The notes: a model not told the origin generated them from the letters alone. Counted from the first letter of the stretch, positions 32,207 to 42,995 are shown. The stretch: 64,000 bases of DNA from an uncultured Fibrobacteria bacterium (GCA_963716395.1 OY970309.1:1760001-1824000), one strand, 5' to 3'. Numbers and translations: made by a program.

Positions 32207-32569
32207 AAGTGGTGAACAAAAGCTCGACGTGGGCAATTGGAAGAAGCGCTGCGAAGCGTGAAGACCTGGAAAACCGGAAAGACCAAGCTTCGGACTTGGG
32301 AGTTAGACGCCGCCGGCCATCGTCGGATGTCTTATCAATCCTACGAAGAGTATCAGCGTGAAAAGCAAAGGGGCAAGAAGCTGAAAACCATCCGCGAACA
32401 GATGGGCCTTTCGCAGAACCGATTCGCCCACGCCATGCGGACATCCGTTCGGACGTTGCAAGGGTGGGAGGTTGGTAAAAGCGTTCCAACCCCCGCCGTC
32501 GTGCTTGCCGAACTTCTGCGCGACAGCGAAGATGTGAGACGGCGTTTGATGCGCGAGGCGGCAGGCTAA
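32203..32569 (+). CDS. HigA-like HTH antitoxin; the coupled ATG at 32203 is out of frame with the main ORF 32237-32569
   Basis: IREQMGLSQNRFAHAMRTSVRTLQGWEVG...P; ATGA overlap with the toxin stop. Confidence 0.78.
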
Positions 32570-32619
32570 AACCGGAGCCAAAAGCGCGAGTAATCCGCGC
32601 CCCGTTGTACTTTTAACCC

Positions 32620-32823
32620 ATGTCCTCCGATTCGAATCGGCTATCCCAAAGCCTGGCCGCAGGTACGGCGCTGTTGCTTTTGTATGCGGCCTGGAAGAGA
32701 AGGCGCAATTGGCCCCGCCTCGCGCTGGGTCTATTGGTCGCCGCCGGTGAGCGTTGGCGCGACAGTCGCGATCGCCTCCGCTGGCAAGTTCTGAAGGCCG
32801 ATCCCGGGGGAGAAAAAATTTGA
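32620..32823 (+). CDS. Small hypothetical membrane protein
   Basis: 67 aa with two hydrophobic stretches; stop overlaps the TTG start of the next gene. Confidence 0.3.
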   Translation: MSSDSNRLSQSLAAGTALLLLYAAWKRRRNWPRLALGLLVAAGERWRDSRDRLRWQVLKADPGGEKI

Positions 32824-34346
32824 ACCGTCCACAATCTTCACCGCCTCCGATTTTTGATTCCGCCGACGCGGCGCGGCTGGCTGCAGCCGGAATCACCCCC
32901 GACGACGCGTTGCGACAACTGGATTGCCTGCGGCGCGGCGCCGTATTCCAACGGCTCTTGCGCCCCGGCGTGATCGGCGACGGCATCGAAACATCACCCA
33001 AGAAGACCCGGGCCGAAGAAGCCGAAGAAGCCGAAGAAGCCGAAGCATTTCAGCGCGCTTGCGCCGAAGGGCGCGTGCTGCATTTCATTCCCGCTTCCGG
33101 AGCGGCCTCGCGCATGGTGGCCGCCATGCAGCGGACGCTGGAGGCGCTGCACACGGGCTCGGCGGACGAATTGGAAAAACGCGCCGCCGCCGGCGACGTC
33201 GATGCCCGGTCGGCCTGGAAGGTGTGGCGCGAATGGGATCGCCTGCCCTTTGATCGCATTCCCGGCTCTGATTGGAACGCGCTGCGGAGTCAAGGCAACG
33301 CGGCCGCTTTGCTGGCGGCGCTGCTGCATGCGCCCGGACAGGGCGTGGCCGAACTACCCAAAGCCATGGTGCCGTTTCACCGCCACGGCGCGGAGCGGCG
33401 TACGCCGTTGGAAGAGCATTTGCGCGAAGCCTCGGCCCTGGCCGGGCCGGCGGCCGTCGCTCGCGTGCATTTCACCTTTGCGCCCGAGCACGAGGCGCAA
33501 CTCCGCTGCCATCTGGACCAAATGCTCCGGAAGCTGCGGGCCGAAGGGCTCCGCCTCGAAGCCGATTATTCCCTGCAAGCGGCCTCGACCCAAACCCTGG
33601 CGCTGGATGCCGACGGAAATCCGTTTCGCGACGCCGACGGAACCTTGGTGTTACGACCGGGCGGCCACGGGTCTTTGCTGGCCAACCTCGCGGCCTGCGG
33701 CGCCGAGTTCGCCTGGATCCGCAACATCGACAACATCGCGGCCGAACCCCGCCGCTCCCAGGGAAGGCTGCGGCGTCGGGCTCTGGCCGGGCGCCTTATT
33801 CGCCTGGCGGCCGAACGCGATGCGCTGCTGCGTGGCGCCGCGGCGGATGGCGGGGCTTTGTGGCTGCGCCGACTGGGCGCGACTCCGGCCGGCGAATCCG
33901 AAGTGTTGCGCGTGGCCGACCGCCCGCTGCGTGTTTGCGGCATGGTGCCCAATACCGGCGAGCCCGGCGGTGGACCATTCTGGGCGGCCGGTCCGCAGGG
34001 GGCGGCCTTGCGCATCGTCGAGGCCTCCGAAGTCGACGCTTCCGACCCGGCCCAAACCGCTACTTTCCGTTCGGCCACGCATTTCAATCCCGTCGACATG
34101 GTATGCGCGCTGCGCGACGCCCGGGGCCGGCCCTACCACTTACCGGACTTCGCCGATGCCGACGGCTACGGCGTCGCATCCAAGACCTATGCCGGCCGGC
34201 CGTTGCGGGCCCTGGAATGGCCGGGGCTTTGGAACGGCGGCATGGCGGGTTGGAACACGGTGTGCGTCGAAATTCCCCTGGCGCTGTTTTCGCCGGTCAA
34301 AACCGTGCTGGATTTGCTGCGGCCCGATCACCAGGAAACGGCCTGA
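32820..34346 (+). CDS. DUF4301 family protein (nucleotide-diphospho-sugar transferase-like)
   Basis: FIPASGAASRM, PKAMVPFH, RPGGHGSLL, IRNIDN, RPLRVCGMVPNTGEPGGGPFW, THFNPVD, ALEWPGLWNGGMA, FSPVKTV. Confidence 0.88.
   Translation: MNRPQSSPPPIFDSADAARLAAAGITPDDALRQLDCLRRGAVFQRLLRPGVIGDGIETSPKKTRAEEAEEAEEAEAFQRACAEGRVLHFIPASGAASRMVAAMQRTLEALHTGSADELEKRAAAGDVDARSAWKVWREWDRLPFDRIPGSDWNALRSQGNAAALLAALLHAPGQGVAELPKAMVPFHRHGAERRTPLEEHLREASALAGPAAVARVHFTFAPEHEAQLRCHLDQMLRKLRAEGLRLEADYSLQAASTQTLALDADGNPFRDADGTLVLRPGGHGSLLANLAACGAEFAWIRNIDNIAAEPRRSQGRLRRRALAGRLIRLAAERDALLRGAAADGGALWLRRLGATPAGESEVLRVADRPLRVCGMVPNTGEPGGGPFWAAGPQGAALRIVEASEVDASDPAQTATFRSATHFNPVDMVCALRDARGRPYHLPDFADADGYGVASKTYAGRPLRALEWPGLWNGGMAGWNTVCVEIPLALFSPVKTVLDLLRPDHQETA
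33012..33047 (+). repeat. In-frame 9-bp tandem repeat (GCCGAAGAA) x3 plus a partial copy
   Basis: Encodes AEEAEEAEEAEA. Confidence 0.8.
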
Positions 34347-34371
34347 ATCCTTCGGCGCTTTCCCCGGTCGG

Positions 34372-34416
34372 GGATTTTTTACCCATCGGATTTTTACCCA
34401 TCGGGTTTTTGTCCAC
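34372..34416. repeat. Intergenic 15-bp tandem repeat
   Basis: (G)ATTTTTACCCATCGG twice, then a degenerate third copy, between convergent genes. Confidence 0.65.
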
Positions 34417-34421
34417 CAGAT

Positions 34422-35495
34422 TTACAATAAGCTGCGGCTCCGCAGACCGGAGGCGTAGGACAGAGGCGGCGCGGGATCGGGATCGTCGGGCAGGCTGAAC
34501 AAAGTGATGGAATTGTTGAAGATGGCCCAGGAGCGGAAGCGCTGCATGGAGTCGCCGTCGCTGTCGAGGCGCCAGTTGGGTTCGCCCGCATAGCGTTTGT
34601 CTTCGTTGAACCAGACGAAAGAGCGCAAATCGGGATCGGCGTTGAAGTGCTGGAGAAAATCCAGAATCCACGCCGCTTTTTGGGGGCCGTCGGCGCAGCC
34701 CACTTCGGTAATCCACAGCGGCTTGCGGGCGAAGTGTTTTTTCATGCCGGCGATGGAGGCGGAGAACACCTGGGAGAAACTTTGCCAGACATGCGGATGG
34801 CGGGCTCCGAAGTTGTAGCCGTCGAGACCCACCACGTCGACATAACGGTCGCCCGGATAATAGGGGAGGATGTCATGGGCAAAGGTGCGGTCACCCCAGA
34901 GCACATTGGCGCTGAACACCCAGCGCACGTTGCGCGCGCCGGCGCGCTGGAAGATGGCATGGACATGGCGCCAGGCGCGGCGGAACAATTCGGGTTGCTC
35001 GCCCCAGGCCGTCCAGTCGCCGTTCATTTCGTAGCCGAAGCGGTAATAGACGATGCCGTGAAAATTCTTGGCCGCGCGTGCAAAGTTGCGGAAGTAGCCG
35101 TCCCAATGGCCTTGCAGGATTTCCGAGAGAATGCGGGGATCCCAGTCCTGACCGTATGCGCACAACTCCTGGGTGACGATGGACTGGATATTCCGCTCGG
35201 CGTTGAAGCGCACCACGTCGCCGGGAAAGCCGCGCTGCAGATCGACGAAGTAGAGGGCATAGGAGGGCGGAGTGCCCAGCGCCATGATCTCGCGGGTCAA
35301 TCCGTCGCCGTAGGACGCGTCTTTATCCCATTGATACATGCCGAAAGATTTTTTGATCCCGAGGTCCGAGGAATCCGCAGGGGGCGGGGTGTCGTCTGCG
35401 GTCGATGTGTTCTGAGGTGCGGGCGCTTGGCAACTCCAACACCACAGGCCCATGGCCGCCGGCAACCACGGAAATCGAAATCGGATTTCAGGCAT
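34422..35495 (-). CDS. Glycoside hydrolase family 26 lipoprotein
   Basis: Lipobox-like WSC; RFGYEMNGDW, YYPGDRYVDVVGLDGYN, KPLWITEVG, FVWFN. Confidence 0.9.
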   Translation of the reverse strand: MPEIRFRFPWLPAAMGLWCWSCQAPAPQNTSTADDTPPPADSSDLGIKKSFGMYQWDKDASYGDGLTREIMALGTPPSYALYFVDLQRGFPGDVVRFNAERNIQSIVTQELCAYGQDWDPRILSEILQGHWDGYFRNFARAAKNFHGIVYYRFGYEMNGDWTAWGEQPELFRRAWRHVHAIFQRAGARNVRWVFSANVLWGDRTFAHDILPYYPGDRYVDVVGLDGYNFGARHPHVWQSFSQVFSASIAGMKKHFARKPLWITEVGCADGPQKAAWILDFLQHFNADPDLRSFVWFNEDKRYAGEPNWRLDSDGDSMQRFRSWAIFNNSITLFSLPDDPDPAPPLSYASGLRSRSLL

Positions 35496-35615
35496 GGGCG
35501 TAACCCGATATTTATTATACCCGGAAATCGCAGCCGGGTCTTTTGCGCCGGCGCAGACCGGCCGCCCAAGAGACTACCCAAGAGGCTAAATTGGGGGTCC
35601 TAACAAAGGAAGCAC

Positions 35616-36293
35616 ATGCACGGCAAGGAACGCGCGGGTCACTGGGCCGCCGGCCAAGTTCAAGACGGCATGACGGTGGGCCTCGGCACCGGATCCACGG
35701 CGGAATTTTTCGTGCGGGCTTTGGCGGCACGCGTACGCGCCGAAGGGTTGCGCGTGCGGGCGGCGGCGAGTTCTTATGCCTCCGCTTTGCTGGCCGCGGA
35801 GTTGGGGCTTCCAGTGCTGCCTTTGGAACAGCTCGGGGCCTTCGATTTGTATGCCGACGGCGCCGACGAAGTCGATCCGCACAAGCGGCTGCTCAAAGGA
35901 CGGGGCGCGGCCATGGTGCGCGAAAAAGTGCTGGCGCAGGCCGCGGCGCGTTTCCTCGTGTTGATCGATTCCGGCAAGCGGGTCGAACGCCTGGGCACCC
36001 GTCATCCTGTGCCGGTCGAGGTTTTTCCTTTTGCCTACGGCGTCACCCGGCATGCGTTGGAAGCCTTGGGCGCCGCCGTGGTTTTGCGCATCTCCGGGGG
36101 CAAAGACGGGCCGGTGATCACCGATCAGGGCAATCTGGTGCTCGATGCGCGCTTTCCCGCCGACACGGATTGGAGCCGCATGGAAACCGATCTCAACGCC
36201 CTTCCCGGGGTGGCGGGCCATGGTCTTTTCACCCGTTACGCTGATCATATCACTTTGGTTGTGGGCGGCGATGCGGGCGTGGAGTTGCTGTGA
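35616..36293 (+). CDS. rpiA: Ribose-5-phosphate isomerase A
   Basis: GLGTGST, DGADEVD, KGRGAAMVREK, VPVEV, TDQGN. Confidence 0.96.
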   Translation: MHGKERAGHWAAGQVQDGMTVGLGTGSTAEFFVRALAARVRAEGLRVRAAASSYASALLAAELGLPVLPLEQLGAFDLYADGADEVDPHKRLLKGRGAAMVREKVLAQAAARFLVLIDSGKRVERLGTRHPVPVEVFPFAYGVTRHALEALGAAVVLRISGGKDGPVITDQGNLVLDARFPADTDWSRMETDLNALPGVAGHGLFTRYADHITLVVGGDAGVELL

Positions 36294-36910
36294 CAAAGGG
36301 TCCGGCGCAGTGGCTGATCAAAAGCTTTCTCAAGGGCCTGCTGTTAACCGTGCCCTTAGTGGTCACCCTGTGGGTGGTTTATGCGCTTTTCCGCACCATC
36401 GACGGGATTCTTCGGCTGCCGATTCCCGGCGCGGGATTTTTGCTCACGGTTTCGATTCTCATCATCATCGGCGCCATGGGATCCAACATTCTGGTGCGGC
36501 GGGCCGTGCTGGGGCTGGAAAGCCTGTTGAACCGCTTGCCCTTTGTCAAGCTGATCTACTTCTCGCTCAAGGATCTCATCGGCGCCTTCGTGGGCGAAAA
36601 GAAAAGCTTCAAGTTTCCGGTGCTGGTGACGCTGCAGCCGGGCAGCGAGGTCAAGCTGGTGGGATTCGTCACTTCGGAGTCGTTGGATTGGCCCGGCGTC
36701 GAAGGCCAGGTGGCCGTTTATTTGCCGCAGTCTTATAACTACTCGGGTTTTTTGGTGGTGGTGCCGCGGTCCCAGATCGTCCCGCTGCCCCCGGAAGAAA
36801 GCTCGCGCTGGCTGGCGTTCATCGTCTCCGGCGGCGTTTCGGGGGGCCGTCCCGGCGAACAGCATATCGGCGGTGAGGATTTCAGCCTGGCCAAATTCCC
36901 GCAAGCCTGA
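36290..36910 (+). CDS. DUF502 membrane protein
   Basis: FLKGLL..VPLVVTLWV, RLPFVKLIY.SLKD, GFVT, VYLPQSYNYSG, FIVSGG. Confidence 0.9.
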   Translation: MTKGPAQWLIKSFLKGLLLTVPLVVTLWVVYALFRTIDGILRLPIPGAGFLLTVSILIIIGAMGSNILVRRAVLGLESLLNRLPFVKLIYFSLKDLIGAFVGEKKSFKFPVLVTLQPGSEVKLVGFVTSESLDWPGVEGQVAVYLPQSYNYSGFLVVVPRSQIVPLPPEESSRWLAFIVSGGVSGGRPGEQHIGGEDFSLAKFPQA

Positions 36911-36963
36911 GTCAGCCGCGCGGCCGGCCCGAATTCGGCGTGCGCTCTTGGTATTTTTTAAGC

Positions 36964-38436
36964 ATGGCCCACCTCTGGAAATATGCCGGAATCGCGGCTG
37001 CCCTGATCTTGGCAACGGGTTGCCATCGCGCCCCCTGGAGCCATGGCGAAGTTCCGCCCCAACTGCTGGGCACGCCGTCCGGGGATACTTCCCCGCCGGT
37101 CGCCGCGGGTAAGTACGACAACTTTCAGGAGATTTTTGCCGACGTGGCCGAAGCGGCCCTGCCCGCCGTGGTCAGCGTCCACAGCGAAAAGCAGGTGGCC
37201 TCGGACGAATCTTCGCCGTCCTTGAACGGATCCCCCTTCGAGTACTTTTTCGGCGCCCCGGGTTCGGGCACGCATGAGGAGGCCGGTTTGGGTTCGGGCG
37301 TGCTCATCGATTCTTCGGGCATCATCCTCACCAACAACCACGTGATCGAGGGGGCGGATCGCATCGAAGTGCAATTGCACGACGACCGCGAATTCGATGC
37401 CGACGTCGTGGGCGCCGACAAGCCCTCGGATCTCGCGGTGATTCGCATCCGGGGCGGCCACGGGCCTTTTCCTTTTCTGCGCCTGGGCGACTCCGACAAG
37501 CTGCGCATCGGCGAATGGGTGTTGGCCGTGGGCAGCCCCTACGGGCTTTCGCAAACCGTGACCACCGGCATCATCTCGGCCAAGGGGCGGCACAACACCG
37601 GCATCAACAGCTATGAAAACTTTCTGCAAACCGACGCGGCCATTAACCCCGGCAATTCGGGAGGCGCGCTGCTGAACCTGCGCGGCGAACTCATCGGCAT
37701 CAACACCGCGATTTTTTCCGAGAGCGGCGGCTATCAGGGCATCGGGTTCGCAATCCCGATCAACATGGCCCGCAAAATCTCCGCCGACCTCATCCGGGAC
37801 GGCGCCGTGACCCGGGGTTGGCTGGGGGTGTCGGTGCAGCCGCTCGACCCGGACTTGGCGCAAGCCTTGGGCGTCAAAGACCGCAAGGGCGCCTTGGTGG
37901 GCGGGGTGGTGCCGGGCAGCCCGGCCGATCATACCGGCATCAAACGGGGAGATGTCATCGAACGTGTGGATCGCACGCCCATCGAAGATCCCAACGACCT
38001 GCTCAACCAAATCGCCCTGGATGCGCCGGGTTCGTGGGCGCACGTGGTGGTGAACCGCGACGGCAAAGAGCTTTCCTTCCAGGTCAAAATCGGGCGGCGC
38101 GACGAAAGCCACCTGGCTTCGTATCAAAAACTGGAGCAGCAGGACGCCTCGGAAACCGAGGCCCTGGGACTCAAGGTCGAGGATTTATCACCGCAGTTGC
38201 GCAGCGATTACCGCATCGATGCCGGCGTGACTCACGGCGCGGTGATTACTTCGGTCGATCCCGGCGGCCGCGCGGCGCGCGCGCGTCTGCGCGAAGGCGA
38301 TGTGATTCAAGAAGTCAACCGCCGGCGGGTGATGACGGCCGAAGACTTCCGCCGCGAGTTCCGCAAAAGCCGCAACGGCAACCGCATTTTGCTGCTGGTC
38401 AACCGCCGCGGCAGCACTTTTTTCTGTGCCCTTTGA
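36964..38436 (+). CDS. degP: DegP/DegQ (HtrA) serine protease with two PDZ domains, probable lipoprotein
   Basis: LATGC lipobox, GLGSGV, LTNNHV, SDLAV, QTDAAINPGNSGG, two PDZ domains. Confidence 0.92.
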   Translation: MAHLWKYAGIAAALILATGCHRAPWSHGEVPPQLLGTPSGDTSPPVAAGKYDNFQEIFADVAEAALPAVVSVHSEKQVASDESSPSLNGSPFEYFFGAPGSGTHEEAGLGSGVLIDSSGIILTNNHVIEGADRIEVQLHDDREFDADVVGADKPSDLAVIRIRGGHGPFPFLRLGDSDKLRIGEWVLAVGSPYGLSQTVTTGIISAKGRHNTGINSYENFLQTDAAINPGNSGGALLNLRGELIGINTAIFSESGGYQGIGFAIPINMARKISADLIRDGAVTRGWLGVSVQPLDPDLAQALGVKDRKGALVGGVVPGSPADHTGIKRGDVIERVDRTPIEDPNDLLNQIALDAPGSWAHVVVNRDGKELSFQVKIGRRDESHLASYQKLEQQDASETEALGLKVEDLSPQLRSDYRIDAGVTHGAVITSVDPGGRAARARLREGDVIQEVNRRRVMTAEDFRREFRKSRNGNRILLLVNRRGSTFFCAL

Positions 38437-38623
38437 TTTCTGAAAAATCGCTTAACGGTTTCCCCCAAGTTTGGTCCCAAGTTTAGGGTTGATTCTTCTG
38501 AACAAGGGTCGGCGTGTGGCTTTTTTGAGGTTCGGCCCGGATTTTTGTCGCGGAGGCTCATCTTCGGGGGAAAGCCGGCCGATATTAAGAACGCGTTGAT
38601 CCCAAACCCAGCAAGGGGATATT

Positions 38624-39121
38624 ATGAAAGCCAGCTTCTATGAATCCGCCGCCGAGCTCACCCTTACCCCCGCGGCCGATGCCGAATTCGAAGGGAGCCT
38701 GGGGTTGGTGCAGGTGAATCCGGGCGAGGTGCAATGGACCGAAGACCAGGTAATCCATTTTCCGGCCGGTATTCCCGGTTTCGAAAACGCGCGCCGCTTC
38801 ATCGTTTTGTCGGTTCCCCAATACGAGCCGTTTCATTGGATGGAATGCGTGGACGGTCTGCCGGTGCGCTTCGCCATCATCAATCCGCTCACCTTCCGCC
38901 CCGATTACCAGCCCAAGATCCGCAAATCCGATTTGGGCACTTTGCAGATCCGCGATCCCAAAGACCTGCTGTTGTACGTGATCGTTACCTTGCGCAGGCC
39001 GCTGGCCGAGTCTACCGCCAACCTCATGGGCCCTTTGTTCATCAACATCCGGGAACGGGTCGGCCGGCAAATTCTGATCGAGAACGACGCCTATTCCCTG
39101 CAGGAGCCCATTCTCCCGTGA
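38624..39121 (+). CDS. fliW: Flagellar assembly factor FliW (CsrA antagonist)
   Basis: [39 protein letters not shown]...GRQI. Confidence 0.9.
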   Translation: MKASFYESAAELTLTPAADAEFEGSLGLVQVNPGEVQWTEDQVIHFPAGIPGFENARRFIVLSVPQYEPFHWMECVDGLPVRFAIINPLTFRPDYQPKIRKSDLGTLQIRDPKDLLLYVIVTLRRPLAESTANLMGPLFINIRERVGRQILIENDAYSLQEPILP

Positions 39122-39128
39122 AGCCGGA

Positions 39129-39359
39129 ATGCTGATTCTGACCCGCAAGCTGGGTGAATCGATCCGCATCAGCGACAACATCTGCATCACCTTGGTCGAA
39201 GTCGACGGCAAAACCGTCAAACTCGGCATCGATGCCCCGCGGGAAATTTCCATCCACCGCGAAGAGGTATATCAGCGGTTGCTCGAGGAAAATCGCGCGG
39301 CCACCGCCGGCGCGGAGAAGGATTTGCAGAGCATCGCCGCGCTGTTCAAGAAAAAGTGA
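39129..39359 (+). CDS. csrA: Carbon storage regulator CsrA
   Basis: [14 protein letters not shown]...[19 protein letters not shown], with the long C-terminal helix typical of FliW-regulated CsrA. Confidence 0.96.
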   Translation: MLILTRKLGESIRISDNICITLVEVDGKTVKLGIDAPREISIHREEVYQRLLEENRAATAGAEKDLQSIAALFKKK

Positions 39360-39521
39360 CCCCGACTCCGGGGAACAAAATACGCCACCCATGTTGCCGC
39401 GCGAATTCCGGCCGGCCGAGACCAAGTCAGGGCGGAACGCGCGTCGGTTTCTCCGCCGGTTTTAATACTTTAGTGGCCCTTGCTCCCTGATTGGGGGCCA
39501 GAACTTACAGGCGACGTCCCC

Positions 39522-42378
39522 ATGATTCTCAACAGTTTGCTGGCCAAAATTTTCGGCACCAGCCATCAGCGCGAAATCAAGCGGATTTTGCCCATGGTCG
39601 AAGCCATCAACGCCGCCGCATCGGCGGTGGAGGGGCTCGACGACGAAGCTCTGGTCGCCAGGACTGCGGCCCTGCGGGCAGAATTGCAGCAGGGCAAAAC
39701 CCTGGACGACATCTTGACGCCGGCGTTTGCCGTGTGCCGCGAAGCCGCCGACCGGCGCCTGGGCATGCTAAACCCGCTGAATCCGGATTTCGTCTTCGAC
39801 CTCTCCCGGCTTTCGCCCGACTCGCGCCGCCGGGTGGAAGAAGCGCGGCAGGCTCTGGCCGACGGCGCCGAACACCACACCTTGCTGTTCCCCGCCGGCT
39901 ACTATGCCGAGATTCGCGCGCTATACCCCGAGAGCCGGTATCCGTTCCGCTACCGTCCTTTCGACGTGCAACTCATCGGCGGCATCGTGCTGCATGAGGG
40001 CAAGGTGGCCGAGATGAAGACGGGCGAAGGCAAAACCGTGGTGGCCACGCTGCCGGTGTATCTCAACGCCCTCGCAGGTAAAGGCGTACACGTGGTCACG
40101 GTGAACGACTACCTGGCCAAGCGCGACGCCGAAACCATGGGCAAAGTGTACCGGTTTCTGGACCTTTCCGTGGGCATCGTCGTGCACGGGCAGGACGAAG
40201 ACCAGAAACGCGCGGGTTACGCCGCCGACGTCACCTACGGCACCAACAACGAGTTTGGCTTCGACTACCTGCGCGACAACATGGCGCATGAACTCGAAGA
40301 CTGCGTGCAGCGCGATCTCAACTTCGCCATCGTCGACGAGGTCGATTCGATTCTCATCGACGAGGCGCGCACCCCGCTCATCATTTCCGGGCCGGCGGAA
40401 GAAAGCACCGACAAATACCGCAAGGCCAACGAGGTGGTGCGCCACCTGCAGAAGGAAACGCATTACACCCTCGACGAGAAGGAAAAACACGTCTCGCTCA
40501 CCGAAGAGGGTGTGAACGTGTGCGAAAAGCAACTCGGGCTCGAGAACCTCTACGGCGATCTCAATGTGGAGTGGGTGCACCATGTGCAGCAGGCGCTCAA
40601 GGCCCACGTGATTTTCAAGCGCGACGTCGACTATATGGTGCGCAACCGCGAAGTGGTGATCGTCGACGAATTCACCGGCCGCCTGATGGAGGGCCGGCGT
40701 TATTCCGAGGGGCTGCACCAGGCCATCGAAGCCAAGGAAAACGTGCCCATCAAGCGCGAAAACCAGACGCTGGCCACCATCACCTTCCAGAATCTGTTTC
40801 GCCTGTACCAGAAGCTTTCGGGCATGACCGGCACCGCCGACACCGAAGCCAGCGAGCTCATGGAGATCTATAAGATCAAGGTGGTGGTCATTCCCACCAA
40901 CAAGCCCATGATCCGCGCCGATCGCGACGACGTGGTGTTCAAAACCCGCGATGAAAAGCTCCGCCACATCGTCGAAGACATCAAGGAACGGTACGAAAAA
41001 GGGCAGCCCATGCTGGTGGGCACGGTTTCGATCGAGAAATCCGAAGAGCTTTCGGCTCAGCTTACGCGCGCCGGCGTGCCCCACAACGTGCTCAACGCCA
41101 AGAATCACGAGAAGGAAGCGGGCATCATCGCCGGGGCGGGCGTGAAGGGCAACGTCACCATCGCCACCAATATGGCGGGCCGCGGCACCGATATACAGTT
41201 GGGCGAGGGCGTGGTGGAACGGGGCGGCCTTTACGTGCTGGGCACCGAGCGCCACGAAAGCCGCCGCATCGACAATCAGTTGCGCGGCCGCTCCGGCCGC
41301 CAGGGCGATCCTGGCGAATCGTTGTTTTACCTGTCGCTCGAAGACGACCTCATGCGCATTTTCGGATCCGACCGCATCAAGAAGTGGATGGACCGCATGG
41401 GCGTGCAGGAAGACGAGGTCATCTCGCATCCCATGGTCAACCGCGCCATCGCCACGGCGCAGACACGGGTGGAAGCGCAGAACTTCGAAATCCGCAAGCA
41501 CCTGCTCGAATACGACGACGTGATGAACAAGCAGCGCACCGTGGTGTACGGACTGCGCCGCCGCATCCTGCAGGGCGAGGAGGTCAAAGACGAAATCACG
41601 GCCCGCCTGGAGAACGCCGCCGAACTGGTGACCGAGCAATACGCCGTCGGTAATTATCCCGAAGCCTGGGATTTGGAAAAATTCTACTCCGAGGTGAAGC
41701 GCGCCTTCGACCTCGACTACCGCATTTCCGAAGACGCCATCCACCACCAGACCACCGACGAAACCATGGATGAGCTCGCCGGCAGGCTGCGCGAGAAATA
41801 CGCCGCCATTGAGCAGTCCATCGGTTCGGAAAGCATGCGCGCCATCGAACGCCAGGTGCTTTTGGGTGTCATCGATCATGCCTGGCGCGAGCATCTGTAC
41901 GCCATGGATCACCTGCGCGACGCCACCCGCTTTCGCGGTTACGCGCAGAAGGATCCGCTGCAGGAGTATAAGCAGGAAGGTTTCGCCCTGTTCGGAGCGA
42001 CGCTGGAGCGGGTGGCCCTCGACACGGCCCAGCGCATCATGCACATCGATCCCAATTTTCTTCAGCGCCAGCAGGAGGCGCAGCGCCGCGCCCGCGAAGT
42101 GGAGCAACGCATGCGTCAGGCGATGCAGTTCAGCGCGCCGGGCGAACCCGGGGGCGGCTTGTCCGTCGAAGGCGCCGCCGAACCCGCCCTGGCGGCCGTA
42201 GGTGCGGGAGCCAGACCCATGGCCGGCCCGCTGCCTGGCACCGTGGTGCAATCGCGTCCGGCGCCGGCCGCGCGCGCAGCGGATCCTGTCTAACGCTTTC
42301 AAAAATGTCGGCCGCAACGATCCCTGTCCGTGCGGCAGCGGCAAGAAATTCAAAAAATGCCACGGGCTGGAGGCGTGA
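39522..42378 (+). CDS. secA: Preprotein translocase SecA; main ORF stops at 42293 and the SEC-C zinc motif continues in another frame to 42378
   Basis: [51 protein letters not shown]; downstream frame reads [25 protein letters not shown]. Confidence 0.96.
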
Positions 42379-42995
42379 ATCGTTTCTTCGTCATCGACGG
42401 CATCGACGGCGCCGGCAAGTCCACGCAGGCGGCTCTGCTGGCCGAAAGCCTGGAGCGCGAAGGCCGCAGCGTGGCCCGCGTGCGCGATCCCGGCGGCACC
42501 AAATTATCGGATCGCATCCGGGAAATTTTGTTGCAACCCGATCACCTTCCGGCGCCGGCCGCCGAACTGTGCCTGTACGCCGCCGCCCGGGCGCAACTGG
42601 TACGCGAAGTCATAATTCCGGCCCTGGAGGCGGGGGCCGTGGTGGTCGCCGATCGCTTCACCTGGTCGACCTACGCCTATCAGGGGATGGGGCGCGGACT
42701 GCCGCGCCATCACATCGAGCAACTCGAAGCCATTGCCTGCGTGGGCACGAAACCGGGGCATGTCTTCGTGCTCGATCTGCCGGCCGAGTCTCGCGCCGGT
42801 CGGCTGCGGCAAAAAGGCGGCATGCCCGATCGGTTGGAGTCGGAAAGCGACGCGTTTTTCACGCGCGTACGCGAGGCTTTTCTGACTCGGGCGCACGAGC
42901 ATCCGCACAGCAGCAGCGTGATCGACGCGACCCAGACGCCGGCGATCGTGCACGCCGCCATCGCCGCCAAGGTGCGGGAACTGCTGACCGCGTGA
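42375..42995 (+). CDS. tmk: Thymidylate kinase
   Basis: [37 protein letters not shown]; GTG start overlaps the SEC-C frame stop. Confidence 0.94.
   Translation: MNRFFVIDGIDGAGKSTQAALLAESLEREGRSVARVRDPGGTKLSDRIREILLQPDHLPAPAAELCLYAAARAQLVREVIIPALEAGAVVVADRFTWSTYAYQGMGRGLPRHHIEQLEAIACVGTKPGHVFVLDLPAESRAGRLRQKGGMPDRLESESDAFFTRVREAFLTRAHEHPHSSSVIDATQTPAIVHAAIAAKVRELLTA

Noticed and set aside
28808-32569. Integron cassette array or prophage as the source of the TA cluster
   Set aside because: No integrase, phage genes or repeated attC-like sites were recognisable.
33012-33047. 9-bp repeat as a phase-variation switch
   Set aside because: The unit is a multiple of three, so copy changes keep the frame; it only encodes an acidic linker.
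34372-34416. Short tandem repeat as a CRISPR remnant
   Set aside because: 15-bp units with no spacers and no cas genes; no CRISPR array was seen anywhere in the window.
39921-42353. 810-aa minus-strand ORF, and similar long antisense ORFs (28-804, 5077-6006, 8376-9380, 10580-11794, 36958-38127)
   Set aside because: Shadow frames opposite well-supported genes in high-GC DNA; no recognisable motifs.
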